Source: a virus
Direction: 5' to 3' (one strand)
IMG/VR virus record: IMGVR_UViG_3300030090_007212
Span: 64,001 to 128,000 of that record
Length of the DNA: 64,000 nt
Part shown: positions 30,260 through 38,848 of the stretch, piece after piece
How the letters are laid out: every line of letters starts with the position of its first letter
Position numbering within the stretch: the stretch's first letter is position 1
Translations under genes and position numbers: made by a program
The notes under the pieces: model-generated
What the model was told of the DNA's origin: nothing
Databases searched by the model: none
What the model saw: only the letters and a program-made list of their open reading frames with translations

Positions 30260-32437
30260 TTAAGGTACTTTATATTTTTCCAAAAAATTATCTATACCCT
30301 CTTCACCTGGTGGATTAGGAGCATTCATTACTTCTACATCAATATTGTCAGGAATATAAACTACTCTTTTACCATCTTCTTTTTCATCAGTGGATTTTTC
30401 ATCACTTTTATGTTTATAAATCGTATCTTTTTTATAATCAGATTTTAGCTCATATCTTTTTTTATAGGTGTCTGTTTGAAATTCTGCAGGTACTTTATTA
30501 AAATCATTCATTGTAGGTTGTTGTTTATTTTGTATGAACTTTTTATCATAAGGTCTCCACCCACTTTTCCACGCTTTAGTTAATAAAATATTATCATCAC
30601 GAGACTTTTCCATAGTAAAATTAGGGTCAGTATTTAAAATAGAACCAAAAATTTGTTTAGTTTGGTTCCAATCGTAACCCTCAACCTCAACGCGATTTTT
30701 AATAGAAGGATGTAATTTATATTTACCTTCTCTATATATTAAACCCACCCATTCTTGAACTTCAGGTAATTGTAAAATTTCTTGTACCCCCACAAATGCA
30801 CCTATTTGAATTAAAAATTCCTTATATAATGGTCTCTTTAGATATTTATTGAGTGTAACTAATACATCACCATTGTTTGCCTTTAATGCGTCTTGCCAAT
30901 CCTTATTTTTAAATATTTCTTGTAAAGAAAATGAATGTTTTTTCCTAACTGTGTTTTCTGCTTTTTCTAAATATTTAGTATAAGTTTTTAATAAATCCGG
31001 TTCAATCTTATTAAAAGTTTTTATTAAATCATGAGCCATTAAAATTTCACTATCTGTCATTTTAAATTTATTGGCTGCATCAGCATAAATTTTTGTCAAT
31101 TTATTTTTATCTTTTATACTTTTTAGGTTTTTAACCGCCCCAAATTCTTTCTTTGTTTTATCTACTACTTCCCCCATATACTTATAAATCTTAGGATTGG
31201 CACTTGCTTTTCTAATATTATTCATACTTTTCATACCACCACCAGCCATACCCCCACCTAATGTTAATATACCAGCAAATATTGCAGCAGTGCGTTCTGC
31301 ACCTGTTTCTGCATTAAAAGCTTCTACACCATAAGCAGTGGCATTAATTGCATCTAACCCAAAACTTATTGCGACCCCATAGACAGGGATTGCTAATGCC
31401 GCAATAGATAATAAATCTAATACACAATGATAATCTTCCGTACATTTACCTAAATAATCTACCACTCCCTCAAAAAATCCTGGGGCATTTTCTTTTTTAT
31501 AGTCTTTAAATTGTTTTGTCCACCCTAATAAATCTTGTTTACTAAAATTTCCATGTTGGGTTAAATATCCATCGTTATGACTTGTTTCGTTTATGCACCC
31601 ACACATATGTCCTGCCTGTGTATTATAAACAAATACTCCCTTTTCTGTTGGATTCCCACAAAATGTCCAAGGACTTTCACTTATATCTTGATAATATACG
31701 TGATACCAACCCCTGGATGTATATCTATTATCTTTAGGTTTCCCATAATATACTTTGTTTTGGGGTCCGGGGGAACCAATTTTTGCTTGTTGTTGACGTG
31801 CTCGTTTTGCCCCCTCATTATCACTACCATAATACTGTATTATCCATTGTTTATCAGAAGTTTTCGTACAATATTGAGATATAAGGTTTTTTTGATCTCT
31901 AATAGTTCGATTCCAGTCTTGCGCCATTATATAATTCTTCCACAATTCCTGTTGATTCATATTATAATCAGATTGTGACAGTTGTTTATAATAGTTATTT
32001 TGTTTTATATACGTACTTAATCCGCCTGTTTCAGTATCTACCGGAATAGAGGGATTATAATCTGCGATTGGGAAGTCATCCACCTCATTATCGTAATTAT
32101 AAGGATGATCTTCTAAAGATTGACCGGGAGGTATTAATTTCTCAAGAATTTCATCGGGTATTAAATTATGACCTGTTTTAGAATTTGGTGCACCCCATAA
32201 TGCCCATTGTCCTTGTGCTCGTTTATATGCACCTTCTGGTGTTGAGTATGCCAATTGTTGGGTAAGACGATTAAATTCCTGTGCCTTATATCGGTCATAT
32301 GAATCCTTATCAAAACCAGATTGATTTTTTTTATAATTATCTACATTATGTGCACCATAAAATGTACCATCCTCAGCAGTATATTGTTCAGTTAAAAAAA
32401 TACGTTTATATTGATTTTCAGTAATACGAAGCTTCAT
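30260..32437 (-). CDS. Leader-bearing protein with a pre-toxin-TG-like hydrophobic hairpin
   Basis: The likely start is 32437 (MKLRITENQYKRIFLTEQ), because the track's longer start lies within a terminator/promoter region. Central segment 'HCVLDLLSIAALAIPVYGVAISFGLDAINATAYGVE'. Confidence 0.8.
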   Translation of the reverse strand: MKLRITENQYKRIFLTEQYTAEDGTFYGAHNVDNYKKNQSGFDKDSYDRYKAQEFNRLTQQLAYSTPEGAYKRAQGQWALWGAPNSKTGHNLIPDEILEKLIPPGQSLEDHPYNYDNEVDDFPIADYNPSIPVDTETGGLSTYIKQNNYYKQLSQSDYNMNQQELWKNYIMAQDWNRTIRDQKNLISQYCTKTSDKQWIIQYYGSDNEGAKRARQQQAKIGSPGPQNKVYYGKPKDNRYTSRGWYHVYYQDISESPWTFCGNPTEKGVFVYNTQAGHMCGCINETSHNDGYLTQHGNFSKQDLLGWTKQFKDYKKENAPGFFEGVVDYLGKCTEDYHCVLDLLSIAALAIPVYGVAISFGLDAINATAYGVEAFNAETGAERTAAIFAGILTLGGGMAGGGMKSMNNIRKASANPKIYKYMGEVVDKTKKEFGAVKNLKSIKDKNKLTKIYADAANKFKMTDSEILMAHDLIKTFNKIEPDLLKTYTKYLEKAENTVRKKHSFSLQEIFKNKDWQDALKANNGDVLVTLNKYLKRPLYKEFLIQIGAFVGVQEILQLPEVQEWVGLIYREGKYKLHPSIKNRVEVEGYDWNQTKQIFGSILNTDPNFTMEKSRDDNILLTKAWKSGWRPYDKKFIQNKQQPTMNDFNKVPAEFQTDTYKKRYELKSDYKKDTIYKHKSDEKSTDEKEDGKRVVYIPDNIDVEVMNAPNPPGEEGIDNFLEKYKVP

Positions 32438-32475
32438 AATTAAATTTATATATAAATAAATATCTATAGGCATAG

Positions 32476-32498
32476 AAAAAGCCACTACAAAGTGGCTT
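32476..32498 (-). terminator. Intrinsic terminator after the tail tube gene
   Basis: AAGCCACT-acaa-AGTGGCTT stem with an adjacent A-run. Confidence 0.75.
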
Positions 32499-32530
32499 AA
32501 TCAATATCTTTATATGGAGATTTAAATCTC

Positions 32531-33019
32531 TTAGAATACGTTGATTGCTCTATCGAACCTCAATGTACATGTGATATCCGCCAAGTCACTAGAAGAATAA
32601 TCCAACCCACCGAAATCTGCGTCGTTAAGTTGAGTTCCTTGAAGAATCCATTTTTGTACTACAACACCTGTAGGATCTAACATTTCTAATTCAACGTCTT
32701 TTTTGTATCCTGCTGCGTAACCTTGTCTACCTGTTACTGATTCAGAGTGAAGTCTTACCCACTCCATTAATGCTTGTGTTGCCGAAGGACCGATTGGATC
32801 TCTAAAGGTAACTGAAATAGTTTCCCATCTAAATCTACCAATAACAAAAGTCTCCGTATTTAAGAAAGGTATTGATACCTCATCACTTGTATATTTTGGT
32901 CGACTTGCTGTAGAAATCCACCATTCTTGAATACCTAATTCATCAGGAAATCTAAGAATCCATCTATTCTTTCTTAATGGTTCGTAAGGAACCGGCATTC
33001 TCATTAATAAATCTGCCAT
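32531..33019 (-). CDS. Tail tube protein (T4 gp19-like)
   Basis: 162 aa; 'EPLRKNRWILRF', 'GRFRWETISVTFRD', 'WILQG', 'DFGGLDY', 'TLRFD'. Confidence 0.9.
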   Translation of the reverse strand: MADLLMRMPVPYEPLRKNRWILRFPDELGIQEWWISTASRPKYTSDEVSIPFLNTETFVIGRFRWETISVTFRDPIGPSATQALMEWVRLHSESVTGRQGYAAGYKKDVELEMLDPTGVVVQKWILQGTQLNDADFGGLDYSSSDLADITCTLRFDRAINVF

Positions 33020-33082
33020 TGTTTTATTTTTTTAATATTGTTTTATTCTTTAATTATAAATATTCGACTTTTAAAAAAAAGT

Positions 33083-33901
33083 TTACTTTTTAACGATAAT
33101 TCTTTTTTTCTTAGGGTTTTCAGGATCAGAAGTATCATATACTAAAAATCTAACATCAGGATATAAACCTTTTAAGGTTTCTTGTATATATCTTTCTGCA
33201 GTTTCCACATTACCTAAATCATCATCACTAAATCCTATACTAATACCCGTATATTCAGGATCGTCTTTTATTTTATCTACTGCCTTTACTACTCTATCTA
33301 CAAAACTCTTTAACGCTAATGTTTTTGCAATTTCAGGTTCGGTAGAAGTAGACTCTATCCCAAACTTTTCCATAAATTCATCAGAAGATACAGGATAATA
33401 ATCTTGTAAATTAAGATATTGATCAATTGATACCCCATGAAGGTTGGCAATCATTTGTCCTCTCTCCTCTTCTGTTAAAATGGTATCTATTATTATCTTT
33501 ATTGCGTCTTTTATTGCCTTTGGAGGATTTCCCCTTGCCGTTATAATAGAGAAATCACTTCCATAGGATAATGCTTCCTTAAATTTATCAAAACTAGGGC
33601 CAAACGCTTGTTTTCTTAATGCTTCATTAGTATCTTTTATAAAAGAATCGTAAGATCTAAAATCTTTAAAAGATTTCATAGGGTCATTATCTACATATCT
33701 ATATAATTTTCCCATTTCTTTACGTACTTCCCTAAATTCTTCTGTAGATACGGAAATAGGTACCCACCCTTTACCCACTCTTTTCTCCAAATATATCTGA
33801 GTAGGCATAAATAAAATATTATCATCCCAATCAAAAGAATATGCTCTTTTTTGGAATTCTAAAAGAAGTTTTTGTTGATATTTTGTTAATCTCAGTTTCA
33901 T
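33083..33901 (-). CDS. HAD-superfamily phosphatase-like protein with an LxE leader
   Basis: 272 aa; motif I 'FDWDDNI', motif II 'IITARG', Lys in 'EIAK', motif IV 'FSDDDLGN'. Confidence 0.8.
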   Translation of the reverse strand: MKLRLTKYQQKLLLEFQKRAYSFDWDDNILFMPTQIYLEKRVGKGWVPISVSTEEFREVRKEMGKLYRYVDNDPMKSFKDFRSYDSFIKDTNEALRKQAFGPSFDKFKEALSYGSDFSIITARGNPPKAIKDAIKIIIDTILTEEERGQMIANLHGVSIDQYLNLQDYYPVSSDEFMEKFGIESTSTEPEIAKTLALKSFVDRVVKAVDKIKDDPEYTGISIGFSDDDLGNVETAERYIQETLKGLYPDVRFLVYDTSDPENPKKKRIIVKK

Positions 33902-33904
33902 TTT

Positions 33905-35221
33905 TTAATGGTTATTTTTCAAATATTCTCTAAAATTATAGATACCATAATTCTCAAAACCTCCTCTGGAAATCATATTATAATTATTACTTTTAATCGC
34001 ATCATTAATAAAAATATCATATTCCTCTACACTTTTAGCGTTTACTATTTTACTCCAATCAATTTCACTTGTATCCCCAAATTTAGTAGAAAGGTAATTT
34101 ATAGGTATAGTTTTAGTTACTTTATTATTACTAAATAAATCCTCAACATCGTTTGGTTTATATGATCCACCAGAATTTTTATTATAATATTGATTATAAT
34201 GTTCCCAATCTCTGAATCCACCGTTAGGGGGTGCACCAATTAACTCGTTTCTATAATGAATTTGAGGTGTAATCATTTTATCTCCCATTATATTACCACC
34301 TTTATTATTATATCCTTGAATTGCAGACTTAATATCTGATAACATCGCACCCTGTTGGTTTTTATCAATTACCGACTTAGGTATATAAATGGTGGCCCCT
34401 TGTTTACCATGTTGAGGTGTGCCGGGTTTCATCTTAACATGATTGACTTGTTCTAACCCACCTACTTTTCCATGTGCACCATATTTTTTAGATACCGGAG
34501 TTAACCTCTCTATTAAAAAGGCAGAATCTTCTAAAGTAGAACCAAATATATGAAATTTCCACCCACTATGGTTAGGCCACTCCACTTTAGATCCAAATTC
34601 TATCCAACCTCTTTCATTTGGATTACCATATTTATAAAGTATGTTAAGAGAATCTTCAATAACACTATTATCAAGTTCTTTTGTTATTGGTAAAAAATTA
34701 GTATTTTTATGTTTTTTATATTGTTTAACCTCATTACCTTTAATTGTGGTAATAATTACTTCATCACCTACCTTTTCCACTTCTATTTTGTAAGGTTTTA
34801 TTTCCCTTACTTTTCCTAGTCGCGATTCATCAAATAGTTCTACTACAGTTTCTCTCATTCCACCTTCTGTTGGAATATCCACCAAAGCCTTAATAAAGTC
34901 TTCAATTTCCACATTTTTTAACTTACCCCTCTTTGCCATATAATCTAAACTTTTAATGAAACTATTTACCTTAACTAAATCTACACTTGCCGGTATAAGT
35001 TGCTTCCAAACCCCTGCGAATTCATCAATATGTTTACTTAAATCATTAAAATTAGTGATTTTAAAATTTAAATAATTAGTAAGAATTTTAGGGTCAATAG
35101 TTTTTAACCCAGCAGTAAATGCTCTCTTTAATGATTGTAATGGTCTTCTTTGTTCCGTTAGAATTCCACCACCATTTTCACATAAAAAATTAAATTGACT
35201 TTCACTAATTATTATCTTCAT
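33905..35221 (-). CDS. Leader-bearing protein with the shared module and an OspF/SpvC-like phosphothreonine lyase domain
   Basis: 438 aa; motifs GWKFHI, GKV, GKQGATIY, GD and YRNEL occur in the order seen in OspF/SpvC and LanL/LanKC lyase domains. Confidence 0.72.
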   Translation of the reverse strand: MKIIISESQFNFLCENGGGILTEQRRPLQSLKRAFTAGLKTIDPKILTNYLNFKITNFNDLSKHIDEFAGVWKQLIPASVDLVKVNSFIKSLDYMAKRGKLKNVEIEDFIKALVDIPTEGGMRETVVELFDESRLGKVREIKPYKIEVEKVGDEVIITTIKGNEVKQYKKHKNTNFLPITKELDNSVIEDSLNILYKYGNPNERGWIEFGSKVEWPNHSGWKFHIFGSTLEDSAFLIERLTPVSKKYGAHGKVGGLEQVNHVKMKPGTPQHGKQGATIYIPKSVIDKNQQGAMLSDIKSAIQGYNNKGGNIMGDKMITPQIHYRNELIGAPPNGGFRDWEHYNQYYNKNSGGSYKPNDVEDLFSNNKVTKTIPINYLSTKFGDTSEIDWSKIVNAKSVEEYDIFINDAIKSNNYNMISRGGFENYGIYNFREYLKNNH

Positions 35222-35244
35222 ATATAATAAATATTATTGGGTAT

Positions 35245-35268
35245 AAAAAAACCCACATAAGTGGGTTT
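35245..35268 (-). terminator. Intrinsic terminator
   Basis: AAACCCAC-ataa-GTGGGTTT stem with a 7-A run. Confidence 0.8.
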
Positions 35269-35291
35269 AGGTAATACTTAGTTTTATGAAA

Positions 35292-35615
35292 TTAATAATT
35301 AGGTATTTTTTCATCCATAGGATATCTACCACTACTTGGCATACATTTTGCCCCACATTCTAATAATTTAGGTCCAATTATAAATGCATCTGTCATATCT
35401 ACACCTTCTAATAATGCTGCAATATCACTCATAGAAGGAGCTTCCATTTCCATTAACATTGCCGCTATTTTCATTGCTTTTGCACTATATTTAGGCCCTA
35501 ATGCGTCTTCCACACAAGAAACACATACTGGAGATGGTTCAATACTTTGCTCTACCAATACTCTTTTAACGATTTTTTGTAAATCCGATTCTTTTAATTT
35601 AATTACTTTTTTCAT
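35292..35615 (-). CDS. Small leader-bearing protein with two Cys pairs
   Basis: 107 aa; begins MKKVIKLKESDLQKIVKRVLVEQ; contains CVSC and CGAKC. Confidence 0.8.
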   Translation of the reverse strand: MKKVIKLKESDLQKIVKRVLVEQSIEPSPVCVSCVEDALGPKYSAKAMKIAAMLMEMEAPSMSDIAALLEGVDMTDAFIIGPKLLECGAKCMPSSGRYPMDEKIPNY

Positions 35616-35627
35616 TTTTTATATTTT

Positions 35628-35656
35628 AAAAAAGGGGGAGATTTTACCACTCCCCC
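35628..35656 (-). terminator. Intrinsic terminator after the sheath gene
   Basis: GGGGGAG...CTCCCCC stem preceded by an A-run on the plus strand. Confidence 0.8.
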
Positions 35657-35665
35657 ATTATATTA

Positions 35666-38485
35666 TTAAATATCATCAAAAGATGCACCAGTATTAGTAA
35701 TATTGAATTCTATGCTGATGTATTCTAATGTTCTAGTTGGTTTAATAAAGATTCTACCATTCAACTCATTTCTATCAATTGATTCTGGTGTATCATCTAA
35801 TACCACTCTAAAGTCAGTTAAACCTCTTTCTTTACGGATATTATCCAAAATTGGGTTAACTAATGAAAGGAATTGATTTCTTACAACCTCATCATTTTGT
35901 TCAAATAACAATCTGATAGAAACTGCAGATATAAGTTTTCTTGCTTGAAGTAAAAGTCTTCTAACATTAATTCTATTAAGTGCTGTTTCTTTTTGTTGTA
36001 ATGTTTTATTACCCCAAATTACTACTCCCACATCTGAGAATGTTGCCATTGGGTTAATCATACCTTCATAAAGAGTATCTCTTTGGTCTAAAGTCAATTT
36101 TAATCTCGCTTTAATTGCGTTTGTTGTACCTCTATTTAAACCTGCTGCTGCAAACCAAGGAAATGCAACGTTATCTGTTAATGCAATGTTTCTAACAACC
36201 TCTAATGTTGGTGGTAACCATACATATTGGTTATTTTCTGTATCATTCATCTGTAACCACGGCCAGTAAGTGGCAGAATAGTTACTGTCGATTCCTGCAT
36301 CTGCGATTAAATCAACCGCTTCTTCTGGATCAATTGCTTGTCCATCACTATCAGTATCCGGTGTAGTTAGGATATAAAGTGAATCCGCTCTATCAACTTC
36401 TACAACATCAATTGCATTTTCAATCAATCCTGTTTGATCTCTTACATCCAACCCTGGAGTTGCGAATACATTTATATTAACCGCTTCAGGATTATTGAAT
36501 GTGTATAAACCATCTAAGAATGCGTAATAATCAGAAGTGATTCCTTCATCTCCTTCACTTGTTACAAATGTTTGGAAAGTTCCTGCCAATAATCCTGCCG
36601 CACCATTAGTTCCAGCTTTTGTATAAGAATCTCCGTTAGTTCTTTCGGTTCTATATTCATCCCATCCATCATAACCACCAAATGGTGCAAATGTGAATTT
36701 TCTTGCCGCTAATTTTTCATAAGGACCACTAGTTACTGAAGCGTTACTCGTAAATGCCGATACACCTACTTGAAGTGCTGGGAAGTAACTATCAGCACCT
36801 GCCGATATTTCTGCTCCTTCTGCATTTACATCCATATGGAAACCATCTGTTCTTCCAGTATAAACACCATCATTAACTGCGTTTCTACCTTTATAATCGA
36901 AGTAATCTTGATCTACCCCTATAGAACTATTTAAACCTAAGTAAGTTTTTCTAAGTCTTGCAGTAGTTAATTGTCCGTATGCCGTCTTATATTCAATTTG
37001 TGGTGGTAAAGAAGTTCTTGTACCAATGTATTCCCTATTTAATACTCCCTCAAATCCTGCAGGGAAAGCATTGTGTGGGAAATCATCTGCCAATTCTACC
37101 ATCACATATTCACTACGTAATGGATATTCACCATCCGTAGTACCAATTTTTCTACCAATAAATCCATTATCTGTTGGATCCATTGTAATTTTTGAAAATT
37201 TCTCTACAGTTTGAATATTAGAATCTGTATCATTGAATTTTCTTACCAATAAATCAAATGTTCTTTCATCAGGTTTAATATTAACAATAGAGAATTTAAT
37301 GTCTTCATTCGCTGCGTTACCATCAGATATTGTAACGAATCTAAATAATCTTTGTAATACATTACCTCGTAGTTCTGATAATACATAAGGAGATGATGCA
37401 GATTTCCATTGTTCTTCATAATCATCTAAATTATTAGTGTCAGTAGATAATATTTCATTGAAAGTAATATCTAAACCTCTTACTTTACCTGCACTATTTA
37501 AATCATCTAATGTATTATAGTATAATTCCTCTACCCATAATTCAGTTTCTTTATCCTGTGTCTTACTACCGAATAAACCTGCAATATAGTTAGTTTTTGT
37601 TTTATCTAAAGATGTATCATAACTAAATGTGTTACCCGCTGCCGTTGTACCTGTAATTGTAAACGATGCGAATGGATTAGTAACGATATCATCAGTATTT
37701 GTCATTTCAGTTGCAGTAACCGTATAATCTAAGATTTGGTCACCACCATAGTCACCTCTAGATCTTAATGTTGCAACAACACTACCATCAATACTTGAAT
37801 CACAAGTTGCACTATATGTAACCACCGTACCTGATGTTACACCAGTAATTCCACCTGCAACACTTGATCCGATGGAAATAACCTCCATATCAAATGTTCT
37901 ACCTGTAAAATCACACCCTACTTTAATATACGCTGGATCATCTATTGAGAAATCATCACCTACAGTTGCATTACCAATATTAGTAAATGTAGAAGATATC
38001 TCCCCATCATCATATAAGTCTTGTAAACCACTACTAGCGTCAAATGTCATAGTAACTGGTGTACCACCTGTGGTTGCACTAAACGTTAATAACGGATCAT
38101 AAGAAGTAGTATCTGTTATACTTACTGTATCCGCATCAGGATTAGAGTCTAATGTAATACTCCACGCACTACCTGCCTTATAACCTGAATACCCCAATAC
38201 TCTACTTACATATAATTGGTTAGTTTGTGTAAGAAATGATTTTGCAATGTAATTTAATTCATATTTGTGAAAACCAGAACCTTTAAATTTCTCAGAATTC
38301 AAACCACCAAAATAATTCATGAATTCATTATAGTTTGAAATAAAGACTGGTTCAAATGCTGGCCCTTTCGGAGTTTCACCTACTAATCCTAATGTAGTGA
38401 CTCCTACTTGTCTTGTTACAAATGTTAAATCCTTTTCTGAGGTGAATACCCCCGGACTAACAAAAATTCTATCTGTCGATGCCAT
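35666..38485 (-). CDS. Contractile tail sheath protein (T4 gp18-like)
   Basis: 939 aa; 'FVSPGVFTSEKD', 'GETPKGPAFEP', 'YWPW', 'PWFAAAGLNRG', 'WGNKTL', 'RINVRRLL', 'IKPTRTLEYI'. Confidence 0.96.
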   Translation of the reverse strand: MASTDRIFVSPGVFTSEKDLTFVTRQVGVTTLGLVGETPKGPAFEPVFISNYNEFMNYFGGLNSEKFKGSGFHKYELNYIAKSFLTQTNQLYVSRVLGYSGYKAGSAWSITLDSNPDADTVSITDTTSYDPLLTFSATTGGTPVTMTFDASSGLQDLYDDGEISSTFTNIGNATVGDDFSIDDPAYIKVGCDFTGRTFDMEVISIGSSVAGGITGVTSGTVVTYSATCDSSIDGSVVATLRSRGDYGGDQILDYTVTATEMTNTDDIVTNPFASFTITGTTAAGNTFSYDTSLDKTKTNYIAGLFGSKTQDKETELWVEELYYNTLDDLNSAGKVRGLDITFNEILSTDTNNLDDYEEQWKSASSPYVLSELRGNVLQRLFRFVTISDGNAANEDIKFSIVNIKPDERTFDLLVRKFNDTDSNIQTVEKFSKITMDPTDNGFIGRKIGTTDGEYPLRSEYVMVELADDFPHNAFPAGFEGVLNREYIGTRTSLPPQIEYKTAYGQLTTARLRKTYLGLNSSIGVDQDYFDYKGRNAVNDGVYTGRTDGFHMDVNAEGAEISAGADSYFPALQVGVSAFTSNASVTSGPYEKLAARKFTFAPFGGYDGWDEYRTERTNGDSYTKAGTNGAAGLLAGTFQTFVTSEGDEGITSDYYAFLDGLYTFNNPEAVNINVFATPGLDVRDQTGLIENAIDVVEVDRADSLYILTTPDTDSDGQAIDPEEAVDLIADAGIDSNYSATYWPWLQMNDTENNQYVWLPPTLEVVRNIALTDNVAFPWFAAAGLNRGTTNAIKARLKLTLDQRDTLYEGMINPMATFSDVGVVIWGNKTLQQKETALNRINVRRLLLQARKLISAVSIRLLFEQNDEVVRNQFLSLVNPILDNIRKERGLTDFRVVLDDTPESIDRNELNGRIFIKPTRTLEYISIEFNITNTGASFDDI

Positions 38486-38572
38486 TTATTTAATTTTTTA
38501 AAATTTATATTATTTTATCTTTATATTATAAATATGCTGGTTTTTATGAAAGTATTTTAATGTTTTAAAATT

Positions 38573-38604
38573 AGTATGACAATTTTCATACTTTTATCAT
38601 ACTT
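38573..38604. promoter_or_regulatory. Candidate operator array (AGTATGA / TCATACT x2)
   Basis: AGTATGA at 38573-38579 and its reverse complement TCATACT at 38586-38592 and 38597-38603, just upstream of the small RHH-like gene. Confidence 0.55.
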
Positions 38605-38618
38605 ATATAAAAAAACCT

Positions 38619-38777
38619 ATGAAAAGGACTAAAAATCTAAAGATTACACCTAAAACTCATGAATTACTTAAATCATATTGTGAAGATAATGGGTTAAAAA
38701 TGTTCGCCTTTGTAGAAAAAATAATAAGGGAAAAATGTATACCTAAAAAAGATATATATGGTGATGTAGTAAAATAA
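38619..38777 (+). CDS. Small ribbon-helix-helix-like DNA-binding protein (52 aa)
   Basis: MKRTKNLKITPKTHELLKSYCEDNGLKMFAFVEKIIREKCIPKKDIYGDVVK: beta strand, helix, G turn, helix pattern. Divergent from the sheath gene and followed by a terminator. Not in the ORF track. Confidence 0.75.
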   Translation: MKRTKNLKITPKTHELLKSYCEDNGLKMFAFVEKIIREKCIPKKDIYGDVVK

Positions 38778-38807
38778 AAAAAGAGGGAGATTTCTCCCCC
38801 TCTTTTT
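38776..38807. terminator. Bidirectional intrinsic terminator
   Basis: AAAAAAAGAGGGAGA-ttt-CTCCCCCTCTTTTT between convergent genes. Confidence 0.8.
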
Positions 38808-38848
38808 AAAGTGTTTATAAAACTTAATAGATTTACCTTAATAAACTA

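Noticed and set aside
32438-32485. ORF-track start at 32485 for the 741 aa protein
   Set aside because: This segment overlaps a terminator stem and the TATTTATA element; the Met at 32437 gives the family-type leader.
28897-35155. Diversity-generating retroelement template/variable repeat pair
   Set aside because: Differences between the copies are not adenine-specific, both copies lie in N-terminal coding regions, and no reverse transcriptase is present in the window.
33905-35221. Lanthipeptide (class III/IV) biosynthesis gene
   Set aside because: Only the lyase-like domain is present; no kinase or cyclase domain, Ser/Thr-rich precursor or transporter is nearby.
3825-38485. Bacterial contractile injection system (eCIS/T6SS/tailocin) rather than a phage
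   Set aside because: Tail genes are interleaved with a phage replisome and gp13/gp14-like neck genes, and no host housekeeping genes are present.
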